A stretch of 64,000 nt of DNA from Eledone cirrhosa (lineage: Eukaryota): positions 359,910,001-359,974,000 of the forward strand of contig OZ024741.1 in the NCBI GenBank assembly GCA_964016885.1, in the 5' to 3' direction. A program made the position numbers and the translations under genes. The notes under the pieces are model-generated. The model was not told the DNA's origin and ran no database searches. It saw only the letters and a list, made by a program, of their open reading frames with translations. This document shows positions 27,508-40,654 of the stretch, in pieces; positions within the stretch are counted from its first letter, which is position 1, and the number at the start of each line of letters is the position of its first letter.

Positions 27508-29810
27508 ACACCATACGTCACTACGGTAACCTTACAACTCCACCAGGAGTTATGGGTCCATACATACATAGTTGTCTATATGTTCAATTGTTAAAGTTTG
27601 TATTGGAAGTTTAAGTGTATTTGTGGGATGAGTGCTGTGATGTGTAAGTATGATGACTATATAAGCATTTAAGAGTTTTGTCAAAATTGTATCCTCCTCT
27701 TCCTCTCTTCCTCATCATCGTCATCGTTATCGTCTAACATCTATTTTCCATGCTTGCATGGGTTAGATGGGTTGTCATGTTACGAGGCTAGATAGGTCAG
27801 ATGACTACGTCGTGTTCATACATTCCACTTTGGGCTTGGTTCTCTATGGCTGGATGCCCTTCTGTCAACCACTTACAGAGTGGACTGCTTTTTTCATGGT
27901 ACCAGCAAGGCCACCTTACAGGATGCGCTGGAAAGAAAAGGAACTGATTATAATCAGTTCCTTTTCTTTCCAGCGCATAATTATCAGATCAGACCAAAAT
28001 AATTATGTTTTCACTGGTCTTTCCATTGCTGAACATTGGTCACAACTCTTGGCAGAATGAGGCAGGATTTGAACCCAGAATGCATAGAGCCAGCATTTTG
28101 TCTGACCCTTTAACAATTCTGCTAATCCACCACCACTGGACTGTTACCCTATTTATCAACCCCAAAAGGATGAATGGCAGGATTTGAACTCAGACTGCAG
28201 AAAGTCAGAACAAATGCCAAGCCATTTAATCCAATGCTCAGCCAATTCACTGATATTTCTTTTTCATTCAGTGTCAGGTAAAAAATAATCTACTTGAACT
28301 TTTTAGTTTCTGATATTTCAACTGTTTTATAGTATTGCACATATATATCAGAATCGGTAGAGCATCAGACAAAATACCTTGTGGTATTTGGTCGTGTCCC
28401 CTTGTGTTCTGAGTTCAAACCTTGTTCAAGGCCACTCTGCCTTTCATCCTTCTGAGATTCATAAAATAAGTATTGATTGAAAAAAATAAATACTGGGGAT
28501 AGATGTACCCAACTATACTCTATTAGGTGGTGCCCCAGTATGGTCACAGTACAAAGACTGAAATCAGTAAAAGAGTAAAAGACTAGCGTTTTACTGGCAA
28601 ACTTGTGGCTATGGTACAACTATTAATAAAATATATATCTCAACAAACAGAGAGCAGTATATAATAGGATCTGAAATACCTATGTTTGGGTTATATATAG
28701 TAAATGATTTTTCATTGGTTAGTCAGGAGGAAAAGCAGTGCTTATAACTTCTTTTCAAGGGCTTCCAAGATTGGTGGAAAAGTGAGAGGATGGTATCAAC
28801 AAACTAGTCACCTAGACCAAATGCTTGCAACAAAGCAGATTTTGCTAAAGGCATTCAATGGCAAGGGGCGGTATTAAACCTGGTGACCATTTAAGTCTAT
28901 CATCCAAGTAGGCTATACCCTATTAGCTTTCAAAAAGAAGGACATCGACATTGCAAAAAAAAAAATCATGGCTAGTGACATCTTTGATCATATGTCTGCT
29001 TGACCAAGGCAGCATCTCGGCTAAATAACAACACACATGCACCACACACAAATACACACTTGTGGTTTTGAAAACGTGACATCAGTTAGTATCTCATTTA
29101 GCTTTTACTCACACTTTACATCAGTCTGGTCAGATTTGAGAATGTTTATTTTTATTTCCTAGAAGGTCCTTGTTGATATCTACTTGAACTTGAGTGTGCC
29201 TCAAATTACACACCTTCCTGCATGTGTGCAAGTAAACATAAACATACATATGCATGTTCCTATGTAATTGCCCAGTAATTATATTGTTAGGTATCTACTT
29301 CAGATCTAATATGTTTACTCCGATGTTAAGTTGGAATCTCTTCTCTGGCCTTGCATTAGGCAGGATATATAATAATAAAAACAAACAAAGGATTACAATG
29401 AATAAATTCTATTAATTATAAAGCCAAGAAGACAGAATCTACAGTACAACTGTACAGCCATTTTGTTTGTCTGCCACATCAATACTGTTATAATAGTCTG
29501 TCAAAAGCATTTTAAGGTGTTTATTTCAAATTCAAAGAATAAATGGAAAAAACAAACAGAGTGGAGCGGAGTGTTCTAAATGTTTTAAATGCTTTGACTA
29601 ACACCAGAAATGAGCATTCTCTGTCAATGATGCTGTCTCTCTCTTTATTTCTCTGTGTATGTGTGATATGGTATTAGGAGGGGCATCCAGCCGTAGAAAC
29701 CAAGCCAAAATCAGTTCTGTATGAGTGAATCACGATCCTCCAACCTCACAGAGGGGGCAGCTTGTCCTACCCATGCTAGCATGGAAGATGGATGTTAAAC
29801 GATGATGATG

Positions 29811-29918
<108 letters not shown>

Positions 29919-30255
29919 GGAGGCACATGGCTTAGTGGTTAGAGCATTGGCCTTGCAATCGAAAGGTTGTGAGTTCAATTCTCAGACCGGGTGATGTGTT
30001 GTTTCCTTGAGCAAGACACTTTATTTCACATTGCTCCAGTTTACTCAGCTGTAGAAATGAGGTGATAGGGACTGGGGTCCATATCATTCCACTGCAAAGT
30101 GGTCGTGCAGGTGCCACGGCAAAAAAGCACCCAGCACTCACTGTAAATGAGGTTGGTGTTAGGAAGGGCATCCAGCTGTAGAAATCAAGCCAAAATCAGT
30201 TCCCGTCCCACCCTTGCAAGCAGGGAAAAGTGGACATAAAATGAAATGAATGAAT
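29919..30255 (+). mobile_element. tRNA-headed SINE with CORE-like middle and RTE-derived tail
   Basis: A-box tggcttagtggtt, B-box gagttcaattc, ttgagcaagacactttatttcac middle, then aggaagggcatccagc and an RTE 3' end. Confidence 0.75.
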
Positions 30256-31962
30256 GAAATGATATATATATATGGGTCTGAATCACGTTTACATATAGTC
30301 TCACATTCTACTGAGTACACCAGCATGAGAGAGGTTGTTATGACACAACTGAAGGGTCCTCCCAACCCTTTGGCAAGCTTTCTATGGCTAGATGCCTTTC
30401 TCATATATTTAAAAAACAATTTATCATTATAATATGTTATTGGTTTCAGCCATTACCAGGGTACCACTTTAAATGAATTTAGTTGATCACAGTATTTATA
30501 TTTTCAAGTCTGGTACTTATATATATTATTGACCGCTTTTTGTCAAACCATGAAATTATGGAACTTAAAGATAGACAGACACACACATATACGAAGGGCT
30601 CCAGCAGTTTCCATCTATGAAAATTCATTCACAAAATCTTAGTCAACCTGAGGCTATAGTAGCAGACACTTTCCCAAGGTGCCATGAGTGAACTCAAAAA
30701 CATGCCTGAAAAGTATTTTGAATAAAATTTACTACACATATTTAATACAATTACTACTTCATAATCTCTACTGTAACTCAAAAGCCCATATATACTACAG
30801 GGAAAATAAATCTTTTAAAATACAGCTGTAATTTGTCATCCCAAGATGTTCTGTCAAATTTAAGGTAGACTCTTACAAGTTGTCTAGTTACTTCTCTTAT
30901 ATTCATTAACCTTCTTTATACCAACCTGCCCAAATCTGGCTCTGGTTCTATGAAACTAAACCATTCTTATTTAAATCAAAATCTTCCAATACAAATTTAT
31001 AATGAAATAAGTAATAAATTTAGTAAATCCATCAAAATTCTTAATTAATTAATTTAAATAGAGTGTATTTAATTAGAAATATGGTCATGATAGGGAAAAC
31101 TTATTGATATTCATTGATTGACTCATATATTCACCACAACTATTGACAATATTAATTTTATGTTCTTGTTTTCTCTTTTGACAATTCCTTACACTTAATT
31201 TACCTGTAATCCAATAACTTAATCAGACCCCTTACTATACTACTGAGGTAGCTGTGATATTATTACAGTTTAAAATACTGTGAGACTTATGTATGTTTAT
31301 TATACATAAACATATTGTATATGTTTCTGTGTATGCCACTATTCTGAAACATGCTGTGTTAGTGCTATTGTTAATATATGTAATATGGCACCCTGTAAAG
31401 TCGTTGGTGTTAGGAAAGGCATCCAGGCGTAGGAACCATACCAAAACCATTTTCTGTCTTGGTCTTTAACTATCTATTCAACCCATGCTATTGTAGAAAA
31501 GTGAATGTTAAATGATAATGACGATGATGATGATGATGATAGCTTTTTTCATTATTCTTTCTCTCTGTGCTCAAATATATCTATTACAAATAGTATTCTA
31601 AAATGTAATCTTTCAGCACAGAATTATTTACCTTTTTCTAATTTTGTCCTATCCCTAAGTTGTTATAATATATATTACTTCATCCTTTCCATCTTTCTCC
31701 ACTTCCGATCTACTATAACACATTAATCTTGCTTCTTTCTTCCTATTTGCCACATCCTTTCTTCAGTATATATATATGAAAAATGATTTAGGTTTTTTTT
31801 CTTTCTGGCATTGCTATTTATAGGTCTATTTGCATTGTAATGGCTTCCTAAAAGTAACTCAGTTTTCATATTCCACAATTCTTCAAGAAAACTATAATAC
31901 TCATATAATATATATATGAGATAATAATACTCATATATTATATATTTATATATATTATATAA

Positions 31963-32347
31963 GCATGGCTTAGTGGTTAGAGCATTGGGCTTGCAATCGA
32001 AAGGTTGTGAGTTCAATTCTCGGACCGGGTGATGTGTTGTTTCCTTGAGCAAGACACTTTATTTCACATTGCTCCAGTTTACTCAGCTGTAGAAATGAGA
32101 TGATAGGAGTGGGCTCCCTATCATTCCACTGCAAAGTGGATTTAGAAGTGCCGCGGCAAAAAAGCACCCAGCACTCACTGTAAATGAGGTTGGTGTTAGG
32201 AAGGGCATCCAGCTGTAGAAGTCAAGCCAGAATCAGTTCCCGTATGAGCAAGACAAGGTCAGCCGACCGGATACTGCCCACAACAGGACACCCCGTCTAA
32301 ACCATGCTAGCGTGGAAGAATGGACGTAAAACGGTGATGATGATGAT
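31963..32347 (+). mobile_element. Second copy of the tRNA/CORE-like/RTE-tail SINE
   Basis: Near-identical head and middle to 29919-30200; ends (GAT)n. Headless copy at ~25995-26272; reverse partial copy at ~32580-32735. Confidence 0.75.
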
Positions 32348-33019
32348 ATTCTATATATATACTCTCCCTCTCTCTCTATATATATATTCTATATATTCTC
32401 TCTATATATATATCTATATATATATCTATATAAAGGGTAATGGGTAAAGACCCCCTTTGGTTATGAATGGGATTTGTGTCAAGAAAGTTCCCCCTCCAAG
32501 GCACAAGTTTATGGAAGACAATCAATCACCCGTGCATACCAGTTGTCGTCCAAGGGAAAGGCAATAGCTGATACAGCTTGGCACCAGTGATGTCACAACT
32601 CATTTCTACAGCTGAGTAAACTGGGCTAATGTGAAATAAAGTGTCTTGCTCTTCAACACCACGCATCGCCCGGTCCAAGAATCAAACTCCCAACCTCATG
32701 ATTACAAGACTCTAACCATTAAGCTATGTACCTTCACATATATATCTCATCATTTAACATATGTTTTTTCCATGCAGGCATAGGTTGGCTGTATATGGAA
32801 ACACAGAAGTCATAATGTCATTAATAAAGTCACAGTCTTTGGTAATTAAGTAATTAGTTGATTGGTTGATTAGCCAAATGTTGAATGAATTAATTAGCTG
32901 ATTAATTCATAACAAAAATTGAAATTAAATTCAACCAGTTTTAATTGACAGCATGATCCTCTCAAAGTACAATGTTTCAAAACATGATTTCATATCAAGA
33001 ATCTTGCAAAACAAATACA

Positions 33020-33052
<33 letters not shown>

Positions 33053-33232
33053 AAAACTTTAATCTGTTATTTTAATAAATATTTGCTCTACGGTTCTTAT
33101 ATATTTTATATATATTTATCCTTATCGAGCCCTCTTTGGATTTTAGTTTTCAAATTTATTATTATTACTATATATATATATATATATTAAAATACAAATA
33201 TTAATAAAATAGATGTTCTTTTGATCAATTAC

Positions 33233-33285
33233 ATTTTATTATACATATTTCGGATGTACAACAGTACGTCCTCATCAGACAAAAT
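33233..33285 (-). ncRNA. Type-I hammerhead ribozyme motif (canonical core)
   Basis: attttgt CTGATGA ggacgtac-tgtt-gtacatcc GAAA tatgta TA ataaaat; 7-bp stem I, 8-bp stem II with one mismatch. Confidence 0.75.
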
Positions 33286-35992
33286 ATAATGATACATGAC
33301 ATACCCCGAGATGTTAAATGGTATATATATATAAATATATAAACAAACTAAAACATCGAGTTTGAGATGTGAATATATTAGAATTCATAGGAAAATGGGA
33401 AAACTCAACACAAGGAAGCTGTTAAAACAGCAAAATGCCATCGATGACGCCGTTGGGTAAAATTTGTGAGCTTTCTAGCTGCTGATTTCTATCCTTTGAG
33501 GGGAATTTTACCTGACGGCGTCTTCAACGGCCAGAATTCTCTCACCCCTTTCTGTTAAAACCGGCTGTAACCAGCTGCTGATACTGATGTTAAGGTATTG
33601 TTCTCAAAATAAATAATATCAAAATCAGATAGATTCGATATTATGTCAGATAATTATGTGAGGTTAAGCCTTTATTGTGAAAATATAATAGTATATATAT
33701 ACTAAGGTAAATGCTAAAGGGTTAATAGCTTCCTTGCGCTGAGCTTTCCCATTTTCTTACAAATATATATAATCATCATCATCATCAATTAACGTCTATC
33801 TTCCACGCTAGCATGGGTTAGACAGGTTTGTCCCATTTAGAGGCAAGTTGGGTGAGGTGACCATGTCTCGCTCATATAGGAGAGTTTTTGGCTGGTTTTC
33901 TATGGCTAGATACCCTTCCTAACGCCAACTACATTGACAGTGGTAGTGCTGGTGCCATGATAAAATGCATCCTGTATATGGTGTAAAGTGGTTGCCATTA
34001 GGAAGGGCTTCAAGCTGTAGAAACCATGCCAAAATGGAACATATGAGCAAGACGTGACCACCTGACCTGTCGTAGTCTTAAAACAGGAAATCCATGCCAG
34101 TATGAGAGGCAGACATGAAATGGTGATGTTGAATGTTTATGCACATCACTGTGTGTATAGAAAAGTTTATGAACTGTTGCTATACCTACATTATTTTCTA
34201 ATATTCACTATGTTTTGCATAAATATTCATTATTTAATTTATTATACAAAAGAACAATGCACATTTTACAAATGAAAATGGCTATTTCTGTTTCTTTTTA
34301 AAAAAAAATGTTTTTTTCCTTCCTTTTCTCATTATCTTTCCATTTCATCTTTTATTTCTCATTCTATCTTTTGATGAAGGATAAGTGTCTGAAATGTAAA
34401 AACTCTTTCCCTACTAAATCAAGCGTTAAACTAATATATTTCTTCAATGTACTGTGTCGTTTGCTTTGATGTTTCCGTTCACTTTTGCATACATCTGTCT
34501 ATATATATATTGTTATACTTTGGGAGGGTTATGCTGCCATAAAAACACAGGCACCTGTTGGTTTTCATTTCAATTTATTACAAATTTCCAATTGGTTTAA
34601 TAATTGAATGGTTGTCTATTTATTGTCAAAGCTCTTTCGTCACACATTCTGACCGTCTCAATGACTAATTTGTTATTTTGTGCTTCTCCTTTGTTCTATT
34701 ATACACCATCTTATTTTTGTGCATCGTCAACAAAGGAGAAACACAAAATAACAAATTAGTCATTGAGGAGGTCACAGAATGTGTGACGTAAGAGCTTTGA
34801 CAATAAATAAACAACCCTTCAGTTATTAAACCTAACAATATCTGTTTCAACAAACGTTTTCAGATAAGAAATCTTGCAAAACAAATACAAAAACGAAGTG
34901 TATATATATACATATACATATAGTATAAATAAGTTTCATACACTTAACATGTATGAGCGACGATTAGTTTCGGGGTTCAGTGATGGCCACCACTGTATAG
35001 TGGAGGAGGATCTTCTAAAATGACCCCTCAACGGGAACTCGAACAAAAATACGAATATATATACACTTCGTTTTTGAATTTGTTTTGCAAGATTCCTTGT
35101 CTGAAAATGTGTGTTGAAACATATATTGTTATACTATGGATGGGTCATGCTCCCAATAAAACCCATGCACCTGTTGGTTTTCACTTCAATTTATTATAAA
35201 TTTCCGGTTGGTTGGTTCAATAACCGGATGGTTGTTTATATATTGTCAAAGCTCTTTCGTCACACATTCTGTGACCTCCTCAGTGACTGGTTTCTTATTT
35301 TGTGTCTCTCCTTTGTTCTGTCCTAAAGCATCTTGTTTTTGTATGTTGTGTACTCATATATATATATATATATATATATATAGGAAAATGTTCAAGACCT
35401 CGACAGCAGAGCTCAAAGCTTGAGCTCTGCTGTCGGGGTCTTGAACATTTTCCTATTAGCCACACTACTACCCTAAGTATTGAGTACTCTGGTGCGTTAT
35501 GGTCCACCTGGTTCCTTACCACAGTTCCTTCGTTATATATATATCTATATCATCGAACCACATCAATACAGGATAGTTCTACATGGTCACCGGCATATCC
35601 CAATGATTACATAATTGCACCTATCATTGTGGAAGCAGCTGACGAAAACACATGAATAATCATGTAACAGGAAATATCATGCAATAAACAATAATGGTGA
35701 ATTAATCCCGTCTTAACTACCATTGATGCATAGAGTTACGGCCCTTGCCATTCTGAGTTCAAATCCCGCCTAGGTTAACTTTGCCTTTCATCCTTACGGG
35801 ATCGATAAAATAAAGTACCAGTAATGCACTGGGATAATTGCTGGCTTGTGCCAAAAGTAGAAACAATTATTAAGTAGAAACATTTATTATATATATATAA
35901 GGTTAACTTTGCCTTTCATCCTTACGGGGTCGATAAAATAAAGTACCAGTAATACACTGGATAATTGCTGGCCTTGTGCCAAAAGTAGAAAC

Positions 35993-36030
<38 letters not shown>

Positions 36031-36075
36031 CTTCATTGTACTGTGTCGTTTGATTTGTTATTTCTGTTTGCCTTT

Positions 36076-36103
<28 letters not shown>

Positions 36104-36106
<3 letters not shown>

Positions 36107-37493
36107 GAAGTGGATGGATACTTCAACAGGTACAATGTACTTGTAGAAATATTCAAGTTGTTTATAATACATGTGGTTCAATGGCACTAATTCGAGATAC
36201 CAGAACAATATAAAAGTAGCAAAACAAACGGTTATTAAACAATTTTCTAAATAAATTAAAAAATGATTAAATAATCACCTGTTCAGATGCTGTTACCGAC
36301 GGTTTCATCATTCCGAAAGATTGGAAATCCAACGAATTTCCAATGGAAAGAAATGAATCTTCAGACAGCCCTATTTCCACGCTATAAGGTATAGCAAGTA
36401 AATATTATGCTCCCTGCCCAACGCATGCGGTCAAGCCGTTAAAGTGACACACACGCAAATCAGTTGGATTTCCAATCTTTCGGAATGATGAAACCGTCGG
36501 TAACAGCATCTGAACAGGTGATTATTTAATCATTTTTTAATTTATTTAGAAAATTGTTTAATAACCGTTTGTTTCGCTACTTTTATATTGTTCTGGTATC
36601 TCGAATTAGTGCCATTGAACCACATGTATTATAAACAACTTGAATATTTCTACAAGTACATTGTACCTGTTGAAGTATCCATCCACTTCTATAATTTATT
36701 CTCCTTACGTAGAGAACAAAACGTTGAATAATGCCGCTAATTTTAGTGGCAATTCGACATGTTTATAATATCCAGCTTTTATCAGCGACCTGATTTGCGT
36801 GTGTGTCACTTTAACGGCTTGACCGCATGCGTTGGGCAGGGAGCATAATATTTACTTGCTATACCTTATAGCGTGGAAATAGGGCTGTCTGAAGATTCAT
36901 TTCTTTCCATTGGAAATTCGTTGGATTTCCAATCTTTCGGAATGATGAAACCGTCGGTAACAGCATCTGAACAGGTGATTATTTAATCATTTTTTAATTT
37001 ATTTAGAAAATTGTTTAATAACCGTTTGTTTCGCTACTTTTATATTGTTCTGGTATCTCGAATTAGTGCCATTGAACCACATGTATTATAAACAACTTGA
37101 ATATTTCTACAAGTACATTGTACCTGTTGAAGTATCCATCCACTTCTATAATTTATTCTCCTTACGTAGAGAACAAAACGTTGAATAATGCCGCTAATTT
37201 TAGTGGCAATTCGACATGTTTATAATATCCAGCTTTTATCAGCGACCTGATTTGCGTGTGTGTCACTTTAACGGCTTGACCGCATGCGTTGGGCAGGGAG
37301 CATAATATTTACTTGCTATACCTTATAGCGTGGAAATAGGGCTGTCTGAAGATTCATTTCTTTCCATTGGAAATTCGTTGGATTTCCAATCTTTCGGAAT
37401 GATGAAACCGTCGGTAACAGCATCTGAACAGGTGATTATTTAATCATTTTTTAATTTATTTAGAAAATTGTTTAATAACCGTTTGTTTCGCTA

Positions 37494-37502
<9 letters not shown>
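36104..37502. repeat. 457-bp HHR-bearing unit: one inverted partial copy (36104-36463) plus ~2.3 tandem copies (36464-37502)
   Basis: ttggatttcc recurs at 36464, 36921, 37378; copies essentially identical; bounded by (TA)n; a further inverted copy at 38328-38823. Confidence 0.92.
36884..36964 (+). ncRNA. Type-I HHR in the 457-bp unit (also 37341-37421 +, 36289-36369 -, 38406-38486 -)
   Basis: gctgt CTGAAGA t-tcatt...aatga-t GAAA ccgtcgg TA acagc; predicted cleavage GUA after 36959. Confidence 0.8.
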
Positions 37503-37530
<28 letters not shown>

Positions 37531-37538
37531 GTATATAT

Positions 37539-38039
37539 ATGGAAAAGAATGAAACGAAATTTCATTTCTCACTCTTAGTACAGCTGTTACTTAAATGTAA
37601 GTATGTATGTATACGTACGTACATATATGTATACAGACGTACAGTAGTATGTATATATATATATACATACATGCACACATATACATATGTACGTATGGGT
37701 TTACCGAACATTTATTATAATGCTCGGTTTGTTTGTAAACAAACAGCCCGAATTACGCCGTACAGTGTTCAGGCAACCATCGTCACCTTTTTGTTCAACA
37801 CTGACACAGGAACGATGTACTAGTTTCAAGCTTATTAGCTATCGTCAGCATCGTATACCTTTCTGTCAGATGATTGAACGTCTGAAAGTATATACTTTCC
37901 TTATGCATATTAACGGCTGAGCAGCCTAATTTGCATATCGAGTGAGTTAGTCGGCCGGGCGCACCGAAAACGATAAATGGAAAAGAATGAAACGAAATTT
38001 CATTTCTCGCTCTTAGTACGGCTGTTACTTAAATGTAAG

Positions 38040-38046
<7 letters not shown>
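37539..38046 (-). mobile_element. 438-bp pLTR/retrozyme-like monomer with ~70-bp terminal direct repeat
   Basis: atggaaaagaatgaaacgaaatttc... at 37539 and 37977; flanked by (TA)n; contains an HHR. Confidence 0.75.
37812..37854 (-). ncRNA. Minimal type-I HHR (canonical core)
   Basis: acgatg CTGACGA t-agct-aata-agct-t GAAA ctag TA catcgt; perfect 6-bp stem I, palindromic stem III (ACTAGT). Confidence 0.88.
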
Positions 38047-38077
<31 letters not shown>

Positions 38078-38082
38078 TATAC

Positions 38083-38174
<92 letters not shown>

Positions 38175-38264
38175 GCCGCTCATCTCGAATTTTGTTTATC
38201 GTGAACTCGTGCGCCGATTTTTCGATACTCGATTATTCTACTATATATATATATATACATATAT

Positions 38265-38309
<45 letters not shown>

Positions 38310-38327
38310 TATACATACATATATATA

Positions 38328-38823
38328 TAAAAGTAGCGAAACAAACGGTTATTAAACAATTTTCTAAATAAATTAAAAAATGATTAAATAATCACCTGTT
38401 CAGATGCTGTTACCGACGGTTTCATCATTCCGAAAGATTGGAAATCCAACGAATTTCCAATGGAAAGAAATGAATCTTCAGACAGCCCTATTTCCACGCT
38501 ATAAGGTATAGCAAGTAAATATTATGCTCCCTGCCCAACGCATGCGGTCAAGCCGTTAAAGTGACACACACGCAAATCAGGTCGCTGATAAAAGCTGGAT
38601 ATTATAAACATGTCGAATTGCCACTAAAATTAGCGGCATTATTCAACGTTTTGTTCTCTACGTAAGGAGAATAAATTATAGAAGTGGATGGATACTTCAA
38701 CAGGTACAATGTACTTGTAGAAATATTCAAGTTGTTTATAATACATGTGGTTCAATGGCACTAATTCGAGATACCAGAACAATATAAAAGTAGCGAAACA
38801 AACGGTTATTAAACAATTTTCTA
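38328..38823 (-). repeat. Inverted, slightly over-unit-length copy of the 457-bp HHR unit
   Basis: Reverse complement of 37005-37500; TA-rich tracts on both sides. Confidence 0.88.
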
Positions 38824-39074
38824 ATATATGTATATACATATATATACATACATATACATACATATACATACATATATATACATACATATACATACATATA
38901 CATACATATATATATATATATATATATCACATAAGAAACGGAGAGTCAGTGGTGCGACGAATAAGATTTATTAGACATTACAATCGTTTCTTCTGTGATA
39001 TTATACTCTGCACTGTAAGACCATCGAGTGCTCAAACGGCATACCGCTTACGGACGTTTTAAGCATCCCACACC

Positions 39075-39146
<72 letters not shown>

Positions 39147-39207
39147 TATATATTACATAGAGCACTCTTCATTTCTATGACCTTTTCTGTTTCCAACTGA
39201 AATTTCA

Positions 39208-39271
<64 letters not shown>

Positions 39272-40619
39272 ATTACGCCAGTGTGGAAATGAAACCGATC
39301 CTAATCTTAGGTTTCATCCACTCTTGCTTTTCTTTAAATTTTCTGGAGCTTTAATCCTTACTATAACATATACTCCAGTTTAACTCTACTTCATATTAAT
39401 CTGACAGGATCATAAGACAAAAACATTTTGCAGTTTGTTACTAATTATATGTCTAAATATTTTATTTCGGCGATTTCGCCCGGACTGAATCCTTTACTTA
39501 ACAGTATAGTGTAGAATACCAGTCTCTCTCTCTCTCTCTCACACACACACAGACAAAAACAACAAAAAACAAAAAGAAAAGAAAAAATGACAACACACAC
39601 AATAAAAATAGTAGGAACATTAAAAATCCACTTTGACCCCACAAAAATATATGCGGTAAAGAACAGGCTCTGACAAAGTCCATCTTGACCAACACTAGTA
39701 TAGCTACCACCAGAAACTACAGTATGAGACGAGGCAACATTTATGTTTGTTTGATTTGCCAGAAATAGTAGTTAAAGCTCTCAAATTAATTTCTCACAAA
39801 CTTAAAAACGGGAGGGACGCATTTGATAATGTGGACAGTCATAGTTTTTCCTAAAAGGACGGGATGGTCACATTGGTCATTACTAAATCAGAACTAGCCA
39901 AAAGTTAAACAACAATGAAAGTAACAATTAAGAGGAGATTCTCTACCCGGTCGTTCAACCTACTAGAAATAGCAGCAACATTTCTGACTTGGTGAATCAA
40001 GGGTATATAGGAACATACTGGACAGTGGAGATGGGACAAGCATGCTCGGCATCTATCATACTGCACCCTGTTATAATAAACTACTGCATGTGGGAGTGTG
40101 TTGCGAGGCTTCCTCAAATCGTCGACAGTCTTGTCGATATGAACTAACCAAATTATGTATATATTACACATATTAAATACTATTGATTAGATAAGTATAT
40201 ATGCCCAGATATAATAATATTTATTCGTGTAAATATACACGATAGATATGCATATATAACGCATAGAAAAATATACCCTCGAGTAATGGAAGACACAAAA
40301 AAGTTGTTTAGCCCTCGGTAGGCTCAGATGAAGCTGACTAAACTGACTAATTCATGATTAAACAAGTTCCAATCGCGACCATGTTGTCAATTCTTTTCAA
40401 ACAGTGCATTTAGAACTACATTACCCAGTGTCCTTCTTTTTTCAAGAAGATAGAGTGTGAATTAAAAGATATTAAACTGTTATTTCAAGCAGATCGAGGC
40501 TACTTCGCTGACTTTGGCAAGACATAAAATTCAAACAGGTCGAGTGAGCCTTTACGTGATTGCTAGACGTATTAAAAACACCAACCAAATCTCCCTCAGA
40601 TCACACTCTATTGTCTTAA

Positions 40620-40654
<35 letters not shown>

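Noticed and set aside
29919-29990. tRNA gene
   Set aside because: A/B boxes run directly into a multi-copy SINE body; no complete cloverleaf.
36464-37502. Repeat array as CRISPR
   Set aside because: Units are identical 457-bp monomers with no unique spacers, no cas genes, and a eukaryotic context.
37977-39271. YIYIYI, CVCVCV, ERERER and poly-E (51590-51853) ORFs
   Set aside because: Translations of (TA)n, (TG)n, (GA)n and (GAA)n microsatellites.
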